Origin: Balanoglossus misakiensis
Taxonomy: Eukaryota; Animalia; Hemichordata
Reading direction: 5' to 3'
DNA: 64,000 bases
Assembly: GCA_040954595.2 (NCBI GenBank)
Contig: CM082598.2
Coordinates: forward strand, 7,207,097-7,271,096
This document shows positions 23,901 to 35,788 of the stretch, piece by piece. The notes beneath the pieces were generated by a model that saw only the letters and a program-made list of their open reading frames with translations, was not told where the DNA came from and made no database searches. Position numbers and translations under genes: made by a program. Positions within the stretch are counted from its first letter, which is position 1. The number at the start of each line of letters is the position of its first letter.

Positions 23901-26900
23901 ATTAACCCAGGGATTTATAATCTACTTGAAATCCCCATATGCATGTTATACCTATGTCAAAGCGAAGTGTTTGCATCACTCTCTACCGTGATAATCAAGC
24001 TTGCTTCGCCATTTACCCTGATACAAAGAATCAGATTTAGTGTCACCATTGCATTAGCAAAGTCAAATTACAGTGCTTTTGGCTACGTATTAACCTGGAG
24101 ATTTACAGACAACTTCAAATACCCATGTATATGCATTAAATACCTATGTCAAAATGCAGTGTTTGCATCATCAAGCATGCTTCACTATTTGCCCTGATGC
24201 AAAGAATCAGATTCAATGTCACCATCGCATTAGCAATTTTAAATTACAGTGCTTTACGACACAGATTAACTGAGGGATTTATAATCAACATGAAATCCCC
24301 ATATGCATTTTATACCCATGTCAAAGCGAAGTGTTTTCATCACTCTCTACCATTATGCATCATCAAGCCTGCATCGCCATTTACCCTGATGCAAAGAATC
24401 ACATTCAATGTCACCATTGCATTAGCAATGTCAAATTACAGTGCTTTTGGACATGTATTAACCCAGGAATTTTCAGTCAACATTAAATACCCATGCAAAT
24501 ACATTAAATACCTATGTCAAAGTGCAGAGCTTGCATCACCATCTACTCTGATCCATCATTAAGCTTGCTTCGCCATTTGCCCTAATGCAAAGAATTACAT
24601 TCAATGTCACCATTGCATTAGCAATGTCAAACTACAGTGCGTTTGGCTACGTATTAACCCAGGGATTTACAATTAACTTGAAATCCCCATATGCATTAAA
24701 TACCCATGTCAAAGCGAAGTGTTTGCATCACTATCTACCGTGATTCATCATCAAGCTTGCATCGTCATTTACCCTGATGCAAAGAATCAGATTCAATGTC
24801 ACCGTTGCATTAGCAATGTCAAATTACAGTGCTTTTGGACACGTATTAACCCAGGGATTTATAATCATCTTGAAATCCCCATATGCATGTTATACCTATG
24901 TCAAAGCGAAGTGTTTGCATCACTCTCTACCGTGATAATCATCAAACTTGCTTCGCCATTTACCCTGATACAAAGAATCAGATTTAGTGTCACCATTGCA
25001 TTAGCAATGTCAAATTACAGTGCTTTTCGACACGTATTACCCCAGGAATTGACTCTGACACATCATCAAGAATGCTTCACAATTTGCCCTGATGCAAAGA
25101 ATCAGTTTTAGTGTCACTATTGCATAAGCAATGTCAAATTACAATGCTTTTGGACACGTTTTAACCCAGGGATTTATAATCAACTTGAAATCCCAATATG
25201 CATTAAATACCCATGTCAAAGCGAAGTGTTTGCATCACTATCTACCGTGATTCATCATCAAGCTTGCATCGCCATTTACCCTGATGCAAAGAATCAGATT
25301 CAATGTCACCGTTGCATTAGCAATGTCAAATTACAGTGCTTTTGGCTACGTATTAACCTGGAAATTTACAGACAACTTCAAATACCCATGCATATGCATT
25401 AAATACCTATGTCAAAATGCAGTGTTTGCATCATCAAGCATGCTTCACTATTTGCCCTGATGCAAAGAATTAGATTCAATGTCACCATCGCATTAGCAAT
25501 TTTAAATTACAGTGCTTTTCGACACAGATTAACTGAGGGATTTATAATCAACTTGAAATCCCCATATGCATTTTATACCCATATCAAAGCGAAGTGTTTT
25601 CATCACTCTCTACCATTATGCATCATCAAGCCTGCATCGCCATTTACCCTGATACAAAGAATCAGGTTTAGTGTCACCATTGCTTTGAATGTCAAATTAC
25701 AGTGTTTTTGGCTATGTATTAACCTGGGGATTTACAGACAACTTTAAATAACCAGGCATATGCATTACATACCTATGTCAAAGTGCAGACCTTGCATCAC
25801 ATTCTACTATGATGCATCATTAAGCTTGCTTCGCCATTTGCCCTAATGCAAAGAATCAGATTCAATGTCACCCTTGCATTAGCAATTTTAAATTACAGTG
25901 CTTTTGACCATGTACTAACCTGGGGATTTAGAGTCAACTTTAAATATCGATGCGTATGCCTTAAATACCCATGTCAAAATGCAGTGTTTGCATTATCAAG
26001 CATGCTTCACAATTTGCCCTGATGCAAAGAATCAGTTTTAGTGTCACTATTGCATAAGCAATGTCAAATTACAGTGCTTTTGGACATGTATTAACCCAGG
26101 GATTTATAATCAACTTGAAATCCCCATATGCATGTTATACCTATGTCAAAGCGAAGTGTTTGCATCACTCTCTACCGTGATGATCATCAAGCTTGCTTCG
26201 CCATTTACCCTGATACAAATAATCATATTCAATGTCACCGTTGCATTAGCAATGTCAAATTACAGTGCTTTTTGACATGTATTAACCCAAGAATTTTAAG
26301 TCATCCTTTAATCCCCCTGTCTGCATTTTAAACCCTTGTGTCAAAGTTTAGTGATTGCACCACAATTGACCTAGGTGCATCATTAAGCATTCTTCAGTAT
26401 TTGCCCTGATGCATAGAATCAGATTTAATGTCACCCTTGCAATAGCAATTTTCAATTACAGTGCTTTTGGCCATGTGTTAACCAAGTATTTAGAGTCAAC
26501 TTTGAATATCAATGCATATGCATTAAATACCCATGTCAAAGTGCAGTGTTTGCAGCACCATTGACCCTGATGCATCATCAAGCATGCTTCACAATTTGCC
26601 CTGATTTAGAGAATCAGATTTAGTGTCACCATTGCTTTGTAATGTCAAATTACAGTGCTTTTCGCTACGTATTAACCTGGGGATTTACAGACAACTTTAA
26701 ATAACCAGGCATATGCATTACATACCTATGTCAAAGTGCAGACTAAAAATGTCACCTTTGCATTAGCAATTTTAAATTACAGTGCTTTTGACCATGTATT
26801 AACCTCAGGATTTAGAGTCAACTTTAAATATTAATGTGTATGCATTAAATACCCATGTCAAAATGCAGTGTTTGAATCATCAAGCATGCTTCACAATTTG

Positions 26901-29900
26901 CCCTGATGCAAAGAATCAGTTTTAGTGTCGCTATTGCAGTAGCAATGTCAAATTATAGTGCATTTGGCCACGTATTAACCCAGGGATTTACAATTAATTT
27001 GAAATCCCCGTATGCATTTTATGCCCATGTCATAGTTAAGTGTTTGCATCACTATCTACCCTGATGCATCATCAAGCTTGCTTCGCCATTTACCCTGGTG
27101 CAAAGAATCAAATTCAATGTCACCGTTGCATTAGCAATGTCAAATTACATTGCGTTTGGCCAGGTATTACCCCAGGAATTTTCAGTCAACTTTTCACCCC
27201 CCTGTATGCATTTTAAACCCTGGTGTCAAAGTTTAGTGTTTGCATCACCATTGACCCTGGTGCATCATAAAGCATTCTTCAGCATTTGCCCTTATGCAAA
27301 GAATCAGATTCAATGTCACCGTTGCATTAGCAATGTCAAATTACAGTGCTTTTGGACACGTATTAACCATAGGATGTATAATCAACTTGAAAACCCCATA
27401 TGCATTAAATACCCATGTCAAAGCGAAGTGTTTGCATCACTATCTACCATGATGCATTATCAAGCTTGCTTCGCCATTTACCCTGATGCAAAGAATTAGA
27501 TTCAATGTCACCGTTGCATTAGCAATGTCAAATTTCCGTGTTTTTGGACACATATTAACCCTGGGATTTATAATCAACTTGAAAACCCCAGATGCATTTT
27601 ACATCCATGTCAAAGTGAAGTGTTTGCATCACTATCTACCATGATGCATCATCAAGGTTGCATCGCCATTTACCCTGATGCAAAGAATCAGATTCAATGT
27701 CACCGTTGCATTAGCAATGTCAAATTACAGTGCTTTTGGACATGTATTAACCCTAGAATGTATAATCAACTTGAAAGCCCCATATGCATTAAATACCCAT
27801 GTCAAAGCGAAGTGTTTGCATCACTGTCTACCGTGATGCATCATCAAGCTTGCTTCGCCATTTACCCTGATGCAAAGAATCACATTTAATGTCACTGTTG
27901 CATTAGCAATGTCAAATTACAGTGCTTTTGGACACGTATTAACCCTAGGATTTATAATCAACTTGAAAACCCCATATGCATTAAATACCCATGTCAAAGC
28001 GAAGTGTTTGCATCACTATCTACCGTGATGATCATCAAGCTTGCTTCGCCATTTACCCTGATACAAAGAATCATATTCAATGTCACCGTTGCATTAGCAA
28101 TGTCAAATTACAGTGCTTTTTGACATGTATTAACCCAGGAATTTTAAGTCATCCTTTAATCCTCCTGTCTGCATTTTAAACCCTTGTGTCAAAGTTTAGT
28201 GATTGCACCACAATTGACCTAGGTGCATCATTAAGCATTCTTCAGTATTTGCCCTGATGCATAGAATCAGATTCAATGTCACCCTTGCAATAGCAATTTT
28301 CAATTACAGTGCTTTTGGCCATGTGTTAACCAAGTATTTAGAGTCAACTTTGAATATCAATGCATATGCATTAAATACCCATGTCAAAGTGCAGTGTTTG
28401 CAGCACCATTGACCCTGATGCATCATCAAGCATGCTTCACAATTTGCCCTGATTTAGAGAATCAGATTTAGTGTCACCATTGCTTTGTAATGTCAAATTA
28501 CAGTGCTTTTCGCTACGTATTAACCTGGGGATTTACAGACAACTTTAAATAACCAGGCATATGCATTACATACCTATGTCAAAGTGCAGACTAAAAATGT
28601 CACCTTTGCATTAGCAATTTTAAATTACAGTGCTTTTGACCATGTATTAACCTCGGGATTTAGAGTCAACTTTAAATATTAATGTGTATGTATTAAATAC
28701 CCATGTCAAAATGCAGTGTTTGAATCATCAAGCATGCTTCACAATTTGCCCTGATGCAAAGAATCAGTTTTAGTGTCGCTATTGCAGTAGCAATGTCAAA
28801 TTATAGTGCATTTGGCCACGTATTAACCATAGGATGTATAATCAACTTGAAAACCCCATATGCATTAAATACCCAAGTCAAAGCGAAGTGTTTGCATCAC
28901 TATCTACCATGATGCATTATCAAGCTTGCTTCGCCATTTACCCTGATGCAAAGAATTAGATTCAATGTCACCGTTGCATTAGCAATGTCAAATTTCCGTG
29001 TTTTTGGACACATATTAACCCTGGGATTTATAATCAACTTGAAATCCCCATATGCATTTTACATCCATGTCAAAGTGAAGTGTTTGCATCACTATCTACC
29101 ATGATGCATCATCAAGGTTGCATCGCCATTTACCCTGATGCAAAGAATCAGATTCAATGTCACCGTTGCATTAGCAATGTCAAATTACAGTGCTTTTGGA
29201 CATGTATTAACCCTAGAATGTATAATCAACTTGAAAGCCCCATATGCATTAAATACCCATGTCAAAGCGAAGTGTTTGCATCACTGTCTACCGTGATGCA
29301 TCATCAAGCTTGCTTCGCCATTTACCCTGATGCAAAGAATCACATTCAATGTCACTGTTGCATTAGCAATGTCAAATTACAGTGCTTTTGGACACGTATT
29401 AACCCTAGGATTTATAATCAACTTGAAAACCCCATATGCATTAAATACCTATGTCAAAGTGAAGTGTTTGCATCACTATCTACCGTGATGCATCATCAAG
29501 CTTGCATCGCCATTTACCCTGATGCAAAGAATCACATTCAATGTCACTGTTGCATTAGCAATGTCAAATTACAGTGCTTTTGGACACGTATTAACCCTAG
29601 GATTTATAATCAACTTGAAAACCCCATATGCATTAAATACCCATGTCAAAGCGAAGTGTTTGCATCACTATCTACCGTGATGCATCATCAAGCTTGCATC
29701 GCCATTTACCTCGATGCAAAGAATCACATTCAATGTCACCGTTGCATTAGCATGTCAAATTATAGTGCTTTTGGCCATGTATTAACCTGGGGAGTCAACT
29801 TTAAATATCAATGCGTATGCATTAAATACCCATGTCAAAAGCAGTGTTTGCATCATTAAGCATGCTTCACAATTTGCCCGATGCAAAGAAACAGATTTCG

Positions 29901-30717
29901 TGGCACCATTGCATTAGCAATGTAAAATTAGAGTGCTTTTGGCTACGTATTAACCTGGGGATTTACAGACAACTTAAAATACTCATGCATATGCATTAAA
30001 TACCTATGTCAAAGTGCAGAGCTTGCATCACTGTCTACTCTGATGCATCATCAAGCTTGCTTCACCATTTGCCCAGGATGCAAAGAATCACATTCAATGT
30101 CACCATTGCATTAGCAATGTCAAATTACAGTGCTTTTGGACACGTATTAACCCAGGGATTTTCAGTCAACTTTTAATCCCTCTGAATGCATTTTATAACT
30201 ATGTCAAAGTGCATATTTTCAGTCAACGTTTAATCCCCCTGTGTGCATTTTAAACCCTGGTGTCAAAGTTTAGTGATTGCATCACCATTGACCCTGGTGC
30301 ATCAAACAGCATTCTTCAGCATTTGCCCAGATGCAAAGAATCCGATTCAATGTCACCCTTGCGCATTAGCAATTTTAAATTTTAGTGCTTTTGGCCATGT
30401 ATTCACCTGGGGATTTACAATCAACTTTTAATCCCCATATGCATTATATTCCAATGTTAAAGTGAAGGGCTTGAAACACCATCTACCCTGATGCATCATC
30501 AAGCTTGATTCACCATTTACCCTGATGCAAAGAATTAGATTTAGTGTCACAGTAGCATTAGCAATGTCAAATAAAAGTGCTTTTGGCCACGTATCAATCT
30601 AGGGATTTACAGTCAAGTTTAAATTGCTCTGTATGCATTTTATACCTATGTCAAAAGTGCAGAGCTTGTATCACCATTGACCCTGATGCATCATCAAGCA
30701 TGCTTCAACATTTACCC
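14961..30717. repeat. Satellite array, 192-bp basic monomer, with a 1071-bp six-monomer higher-order repeat
   Basis: AATGTCAAATTACAGTGC-type anchor at 14966, 15158, 15282, 15473, 15649, 15841 and 16037 gives spacings 192/124/191/176/192/196 = 1071. ORF-track repeats recur at 1071, 1583 and 2526 bp. Confidence 0.97.
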
Positions 30718-31179
30718 AACCATACCAGTGTTCGAACCCTCGATCCTTTAACCACTTGAAAATGACTTTATGTGACAGAATGACCTTTCCGTATGGTGCC
30801 TTGTTTAGCTCCTTGTCAGAGTTCAAGAGAATTTGGAAAAGTGCAAATTAGTCTCTTTGAATTTCCAACAACTCGTCAGCTCACATATCCCGATGACCAG
30901 TTCCCGTGCTTCTTACATGTCATAATACTGATCACTAGACACGCAGTTGTACACTTAGCGGGAAACGTTAATAATATATCGAGACAAGAAAAGACTTAAT
31001 TGTGGGCAATTTAAACACAACATTTTGAGTAAACTGGGTAAAATGGGATTAAAGTTGTATTATAATGACATGTCGAAAAGAATCTACTTCAATTTGTTCA
31101 TTTCCGAAATTTGAGAATGTGAATATGCATGTTTTATTCGCCATATATGAACTCCAATGAAAAGTTATGTTTCCAGCTT

Positions 31180-31232
31180 AGGTATTGGTGGATTTGAACC
31201 ACCTGACATCAGAAGACGCCTCCAGAATACCT
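31180..31232 (-). ncRNA. Candidate 53-nt tRNA-like (mascRNA/menRNA-like, D-armless) RNA element
   Basis: AGGTATT-CTGGA-GGCGTC-TTCT-GATGTC-A-GGTGG-TTCAAAT-CCACC-AATACCT: perfect 7-bp acceptor stem, canonical 5-bp T stem with 7-nt TTCAAAT loop, 6-bp middle stem, no D stem. Expression is not shown. Confidence 0.6.
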
Positions 31233-31304
31233 TCAATTTGGTTGCATAATTTTCATGTGAATGTTCATAATATAGCGAGTGATTAATCTCAAATTTATTG
31301 TTTT

Positions 31305-31328
31305 GGGGGGATGGGGGTGGGGATGGGG
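31305..31328 (+). other. G-quadruplex-forming motif
   Basis: GGGGGG-AT-GGGGG-T-GGGG-AT-GGGG: four runs of at least 4 G with 1-2-nt loops. Confidence 0.6.
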
Positions 31329-31919
31329 CAGCGGTTCAAGTAGCATATCCTGCAAGCCAATTTGAAACAATGTGTCATGTGGTTAAACTGAAAGAAATTG
31401 TTGAACTGTAACAATGGGCCAGTCAAAATAGCATCTGCTAATTATGCACACAATAGTGTGATGGGTTAGTGGTTAAGTTTACTTTTACCTTAGCATTATA
31501 TAACACACTATCGTGTTCATAATCTCGCAGAGCTCATTTCACAATTGTTTTAAAATAAAGCAAGATAACTACTTGTATGATTACATATCTAATTTACGCG
31601 CCTAAAGGGCAGTTAAAAACCTCAGACCAGTTACAAAAGAGGAAAAAAAACTGTCCTCTCCTCCTCTCACCCCATGATCTAAGCTAAATTTGGAATTTGG
31701 ATGGGGTGGGGAGGTTTAGCTAACCTAACATTTTCTGCCTGTCTGTCGCGTACAATGTGTCGATGCGCGAATACGATCACGGGTACCGTTGCGAGAAATT
31801 CCACCGAATAACGATGCTGACGAGTATTATCTATCTGAGAAATAATAGCATGTTATTCATAAAATATACACATTAACCAATGAATGAACCAACATGATTA
31901 TTAGACCCTGGACACTTAT

Positions 31920-32480
31920 TTAACGTTTTATCATTATTATACCTCTGTCATCATCATCAATATTAACACCCTTGTATACTTAATATCACCATAAGCCATC
32001 ACCGCAATTATTAATCGTTATTATACCCTTCCATGATTGTTACCTTTATTAAACCCGACACAGTTATCACCATTTATTATACCCTTCTCATTCATATACC
32101 CATTATAACCTGTGTACACAAGCCATCATCATATTATAAACCCATTATTATACCTTTTTTATACCAGTCACATTTGTTACCCTATTATCATTCCCTTCAC
32201 ACAAGCAACCACTGTTACCCCTTTATAACCTGTGTACACTAAAATTTTACCATAAGCCGTCATCACATTTGTAACCCTTTTATTACCCCTTTATAACCTG
32301 TGTACACTAAAATTTTACCATAAGCCATCATCACATTTGTAACCCTTTTATTAAACCATTCATATTTGTTCGCCTTTATTATACCATACACATTATGAAC
32401 CTATTATCATACCCTGCACAAAGCCATTGCTGTTAACCTTATTTTAGCATAAGTAATCACTACCAATTATTAACCTGATT
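31920..32480. repeat. Degenerate low-complexity TTATACCC-like repeat with a ~67-bp tandem duplication (32217-32350)
   Basis: ACCCCTTTATAACCTGTGTACACTAAAATTTTACCATAAGCC occurs twice; many TTATACC-like motifs surround it. Confidence 0.65.
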
Positions 32481-32579
32481 TATTGGACTATTAAGTTTTA
32501 TATTACGATCACTTCGTTTTGTACTCCTATATAACTCTACCTCATAATTTCGGTCAATAGGTTTATTATGTTGAAACTC

Positions 32580-33200
32580 CACTTCTCCATCCTTCCACTT
32601 CTCCATCCTTTAAGTTGACGCTCCACGGTACCATCCATCCATCAAAGTTTATATTTTAGCAGGTTGACTATGGTTGACGCACCGCTCCATCCATCCATCC
32701 ATCAAAGTTTAATATTAGTAGGTTGACTATGGTTGACACTCTGCTCCATCCATCCATCCATCAAATTTTACGTTAGTAGGTTGATTATGGTGTTACCAGT
32801 GAGCCCTACAGGAAAAAAAAAGAGAAAAAAGAGAAAGAAACTCTTCTTCTCCATCCTTCCACTTCTCCATCGTTTAAGTTGACGCTCCATGGCACCATCC
32901 ATCCATCAAAGTTTATATTTTAGCAGGTTGACTATGGTTGACGCCCCACTCCATCCATCCATCAAAGTTTATATTTAGTAGGTTGACTATGGTTGACGTT
33001 CTGCTCCATCCATCCATCAAAGTTTAATATTAGTAGGTTGACTATGGTTGACGCTCCGCTCCATCCATCCATCAAAGTTTATATTAGTAGGTTGACTATG
33101 GTTGACACTCCGCTCCACCCATCCATCAAATTTTACGTTAGTAGGTTGATTATGGTGTTACCATTGGGGCCTACAGGGAAAAAAAGAAGAGAAGAGAGAA

Positions 33201-33234
<34 letters not shown>

Positions 33235-33280
33235 AGAAGAAGAGTACCGGTGGGACCTACAGAAGAAAAAAGAATGAAAG
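32580..33280. repeat. (CCAT)n-containing ~55-60-bp minisatellite in two blocks, each ending in a purine-rich A/GAAA tract
   Basis: Unit CCATCCATCAAAGTTTATATTAGTAGGTTGACTATGGTTGAC; both blocks end GTGTTACCA.TG.GCCCTACAGG-like followed by A/G-rich runs. Confidence 0.85.
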
Positions 33281-33307
33281 AATTAAATACATGAAATCAA
33301 TGATAAT

Positions 33308-34676
33308 TAAAGCTGCAAGCAGCGTTGGTGGGGCACAAACGGTTCCCATGGTAACCAGCGAATCCTAAAGCTGTATATGCTGTGGATACCAAGATATGGG
33401 AAAGTAGGTCAAAGGTCACCTGAGTTCACCCAAATTTGGGCAAAACATTTTGACACCATACTTGTCCATGACCAACAAAAAACAAACCTCTAGCCCTATT
33501 GGTTAGCCTGGAATTAGATATGTCCATAATTAATGAGGTAACATAAAAGACTCCAAAAGGTGTTCAATCCCTCCAAAAGCCAAGGCTCTATCCTGTCTGG
33601 ATGCCGAGATATATGAAGGAAGGTCAAAGGTCACCTGAGGTCACCAAAATTTGAGCAAAACATTTTGACACCACACATGTCCTTAACCAACAAAAACCAA
33701 ACCTCTAGCCCTGTTGGTTAGCTTGGAATAAGATATGCACATAATTAATGAGGTATTGTGTAAGACTCTATTAGGTGGTCAATCCCCCAATAGCCAGGGC
33801 TGTAACTGTTCTGGATGCTGAGATATTGGAAAGTAGGTCAAAGGTCACCCACAATTTGGGCATAAATTTTGACCCCATAGTGGGCCATGTCCAACAAAAA
33901 CCAGACCTGGAGCCCTATTGGTTAGCCTGGATTTAGATATGCAGAAAAATGATGTTTCAGAAATAGGTCAAAGGTCATTGCCAAAATATTTGTGTCATGT
34001 CCTGACAGCATTGGTACCCATGTCCACAAAATTCATGACTGTAGTGCTTTTACAAGAGGAGGTATGGGGAATATGCATATATAATTAGTTCGTTTAAAAC
34101 TGGGTCAAAGGTCATGTGAAAATTGTGCCCCAAAATTGTGACAAGTTCCGGTCATATGATGACTTATATCCACAAAAATAATTTCTGTGGTGTAAACATT
34201 TTGGCTATAAAACGGAATTTACATGGAAATCCAATATGGCCGCCATAATGATCGACCAATCACAGTGCACTTCACAAACTTGAAAGACATAGGTTAGGTG
34301 ACCGCATACCCCGAATCCCATAACTCGGCGATCACTGCTTCTGGAGAAATAGATTTTTAAAGTTTTAAGTAATTTTTCAGAAAAAAAATTGTAGCAAAAA
34401 AACTTTATATTTGACATCATGATTTCAATGGGGTAAAATAATGGACAGAAGGTAGGCTACCTGCACACAAAATTTGAACTCGATTGGCCCAGTAGTTTTT
34501 GAGAAGGAGTCATTTAACGGTTTTTGGAAAATCCAATATGGCCGCCAGGTCACGTGACTAATTAAATATTCACGGCCACTGTAGGTCTACTCATTGGCCC
34601 CTATCACTCTACAAAGTTTCAGCCCCGTAGGTGCTGCGGTTTTCCAGATCTACCTGGCCGGGCTTGTGCCCCTAAT
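33308..34676 (-). mobile_element. Non-autonomous Helentron/HINE-like element with internal ~214-bp tandem units
   Basis: Terminal hairpin GCTGC-AA-GCAGC at 33312; subterminal inverted repeats GGGGCACAA (33330-33338) / TTGTGCCCC (34664-34672); TAAT ends; AGGTCAAAGGTCA anchors at 33407, 33622 and 33835. The family assignment is inferred from architecture. Confidence 0.55.
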
Positions 34677-35788
34677 GATAGCATTAATGTGGCAAGCCAG
34701 CCCAACACAACATACTGCGGGTCAAGGGGTGCATATGGTCAATTAATGAAAAAAATTAAGGTGCAACCAACATTGGCTAGGTCTACGCAGTTCCTATGGA
34801 TACCAGAGAGTGCCAATGCTGTATCTGATATGTTTATAGGAAAGTTGATCAAAGGTCACCAAGAGCTCACCCAAAATTGTCAACAAATTTTTCTTCCAAA
34901 ATGATCAGTGTAAAATGAAAAACAAGACTTCTGGCTCTATTGGTTAACCTGGTTATAAGGTGTGCCAGCCTTCAACATTTTAAGGCAGTATCTGCTGTGC
35001 ATGCCAAGGCATGGAAAAATAGGTTAAAAGTCATCAAAAGTCATCAAACCAAAGCCATCAAAAATGTCAGAAAAAAATTTGATTGCATAGTGGTCAATGG
35101 TCAAGGAAACCCAGACTCAAAGCTTCATTGTCTAGTCTACAATTACGTAAGCACATATTTATAAGATTATCATTGGTCAAGAAATTCAGCAAAAAAATTA
35201 AGTCCAATAGTAGAGCATGTTCATAAAAAATTCAACCTGTAACAATGTGGGTAAGCTCAGCATTAGATATGCACATATTTATAAGGTCAACATTGGTCCA
35301 GTGGATCCCAAATGTAACAAAAATACCTAAGTCCCATACTTGTCCATATTCATCAAAAACCAAACCTCTAGTGCTACTAGTCTTGCCGCAATAATATATT
35401 CAGAAAAGAATACAGGTGCCAAATGTAGAACGAAGTTCAATGCCAAAATTATCAAAATATTTGGGTTATGTCCTGGCAGGAGTAATATTAATGTGACAAA
35501 AATCATCACTGTTGTGCTTTTCAACAAGAGGCACATCTACGAATAATTAAGTTCTGAAAAAAACTGGATCAAAATACATGCGAAAGTTGCCCAAAAAATG
35601 TATTCTGGTCATATGAAGACTCGTATCTATAAAAAGAATTGGTGTGCAATCAATGAGTAGCCCAGAAAAAGGAAATTTTAGTTTTTAATCAGAATTCATA
35701 AAATCCAATTTGGCTTCAATAAGCTTTAATTAAGTTCTGAAAGATCTGGATCAAAAGACAAATGAAATTTGCCAAAAATTTGTATTAA

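Noticed and set aside
14961-30717. CRISPR-like regular repeat pattern
   Set aside because: The intervening sequences are themselves repeated (no unique spacers), there are no cas genes and the context is eukaryotic.
15062-30759. Dozens of Cys/His-rich ORFs, including the 259-aa ORF at 29080-29859
   Set aside because: They are translations of the satellite; 192 bp is a multiple of 3, so stop-free monomers chain into 64-aa repeats. Frames switch freely and no domain is recognisable.
31180-31232. Functional tRNA gene or mitochondrial D-armless tRNA-Ser insertion
   Set aside because: No 7-nt anticodon loop can be formed, the T loop is of cytosolic type and no flanking mitochondrial sequence is evident; kept as tRNA-like instead.
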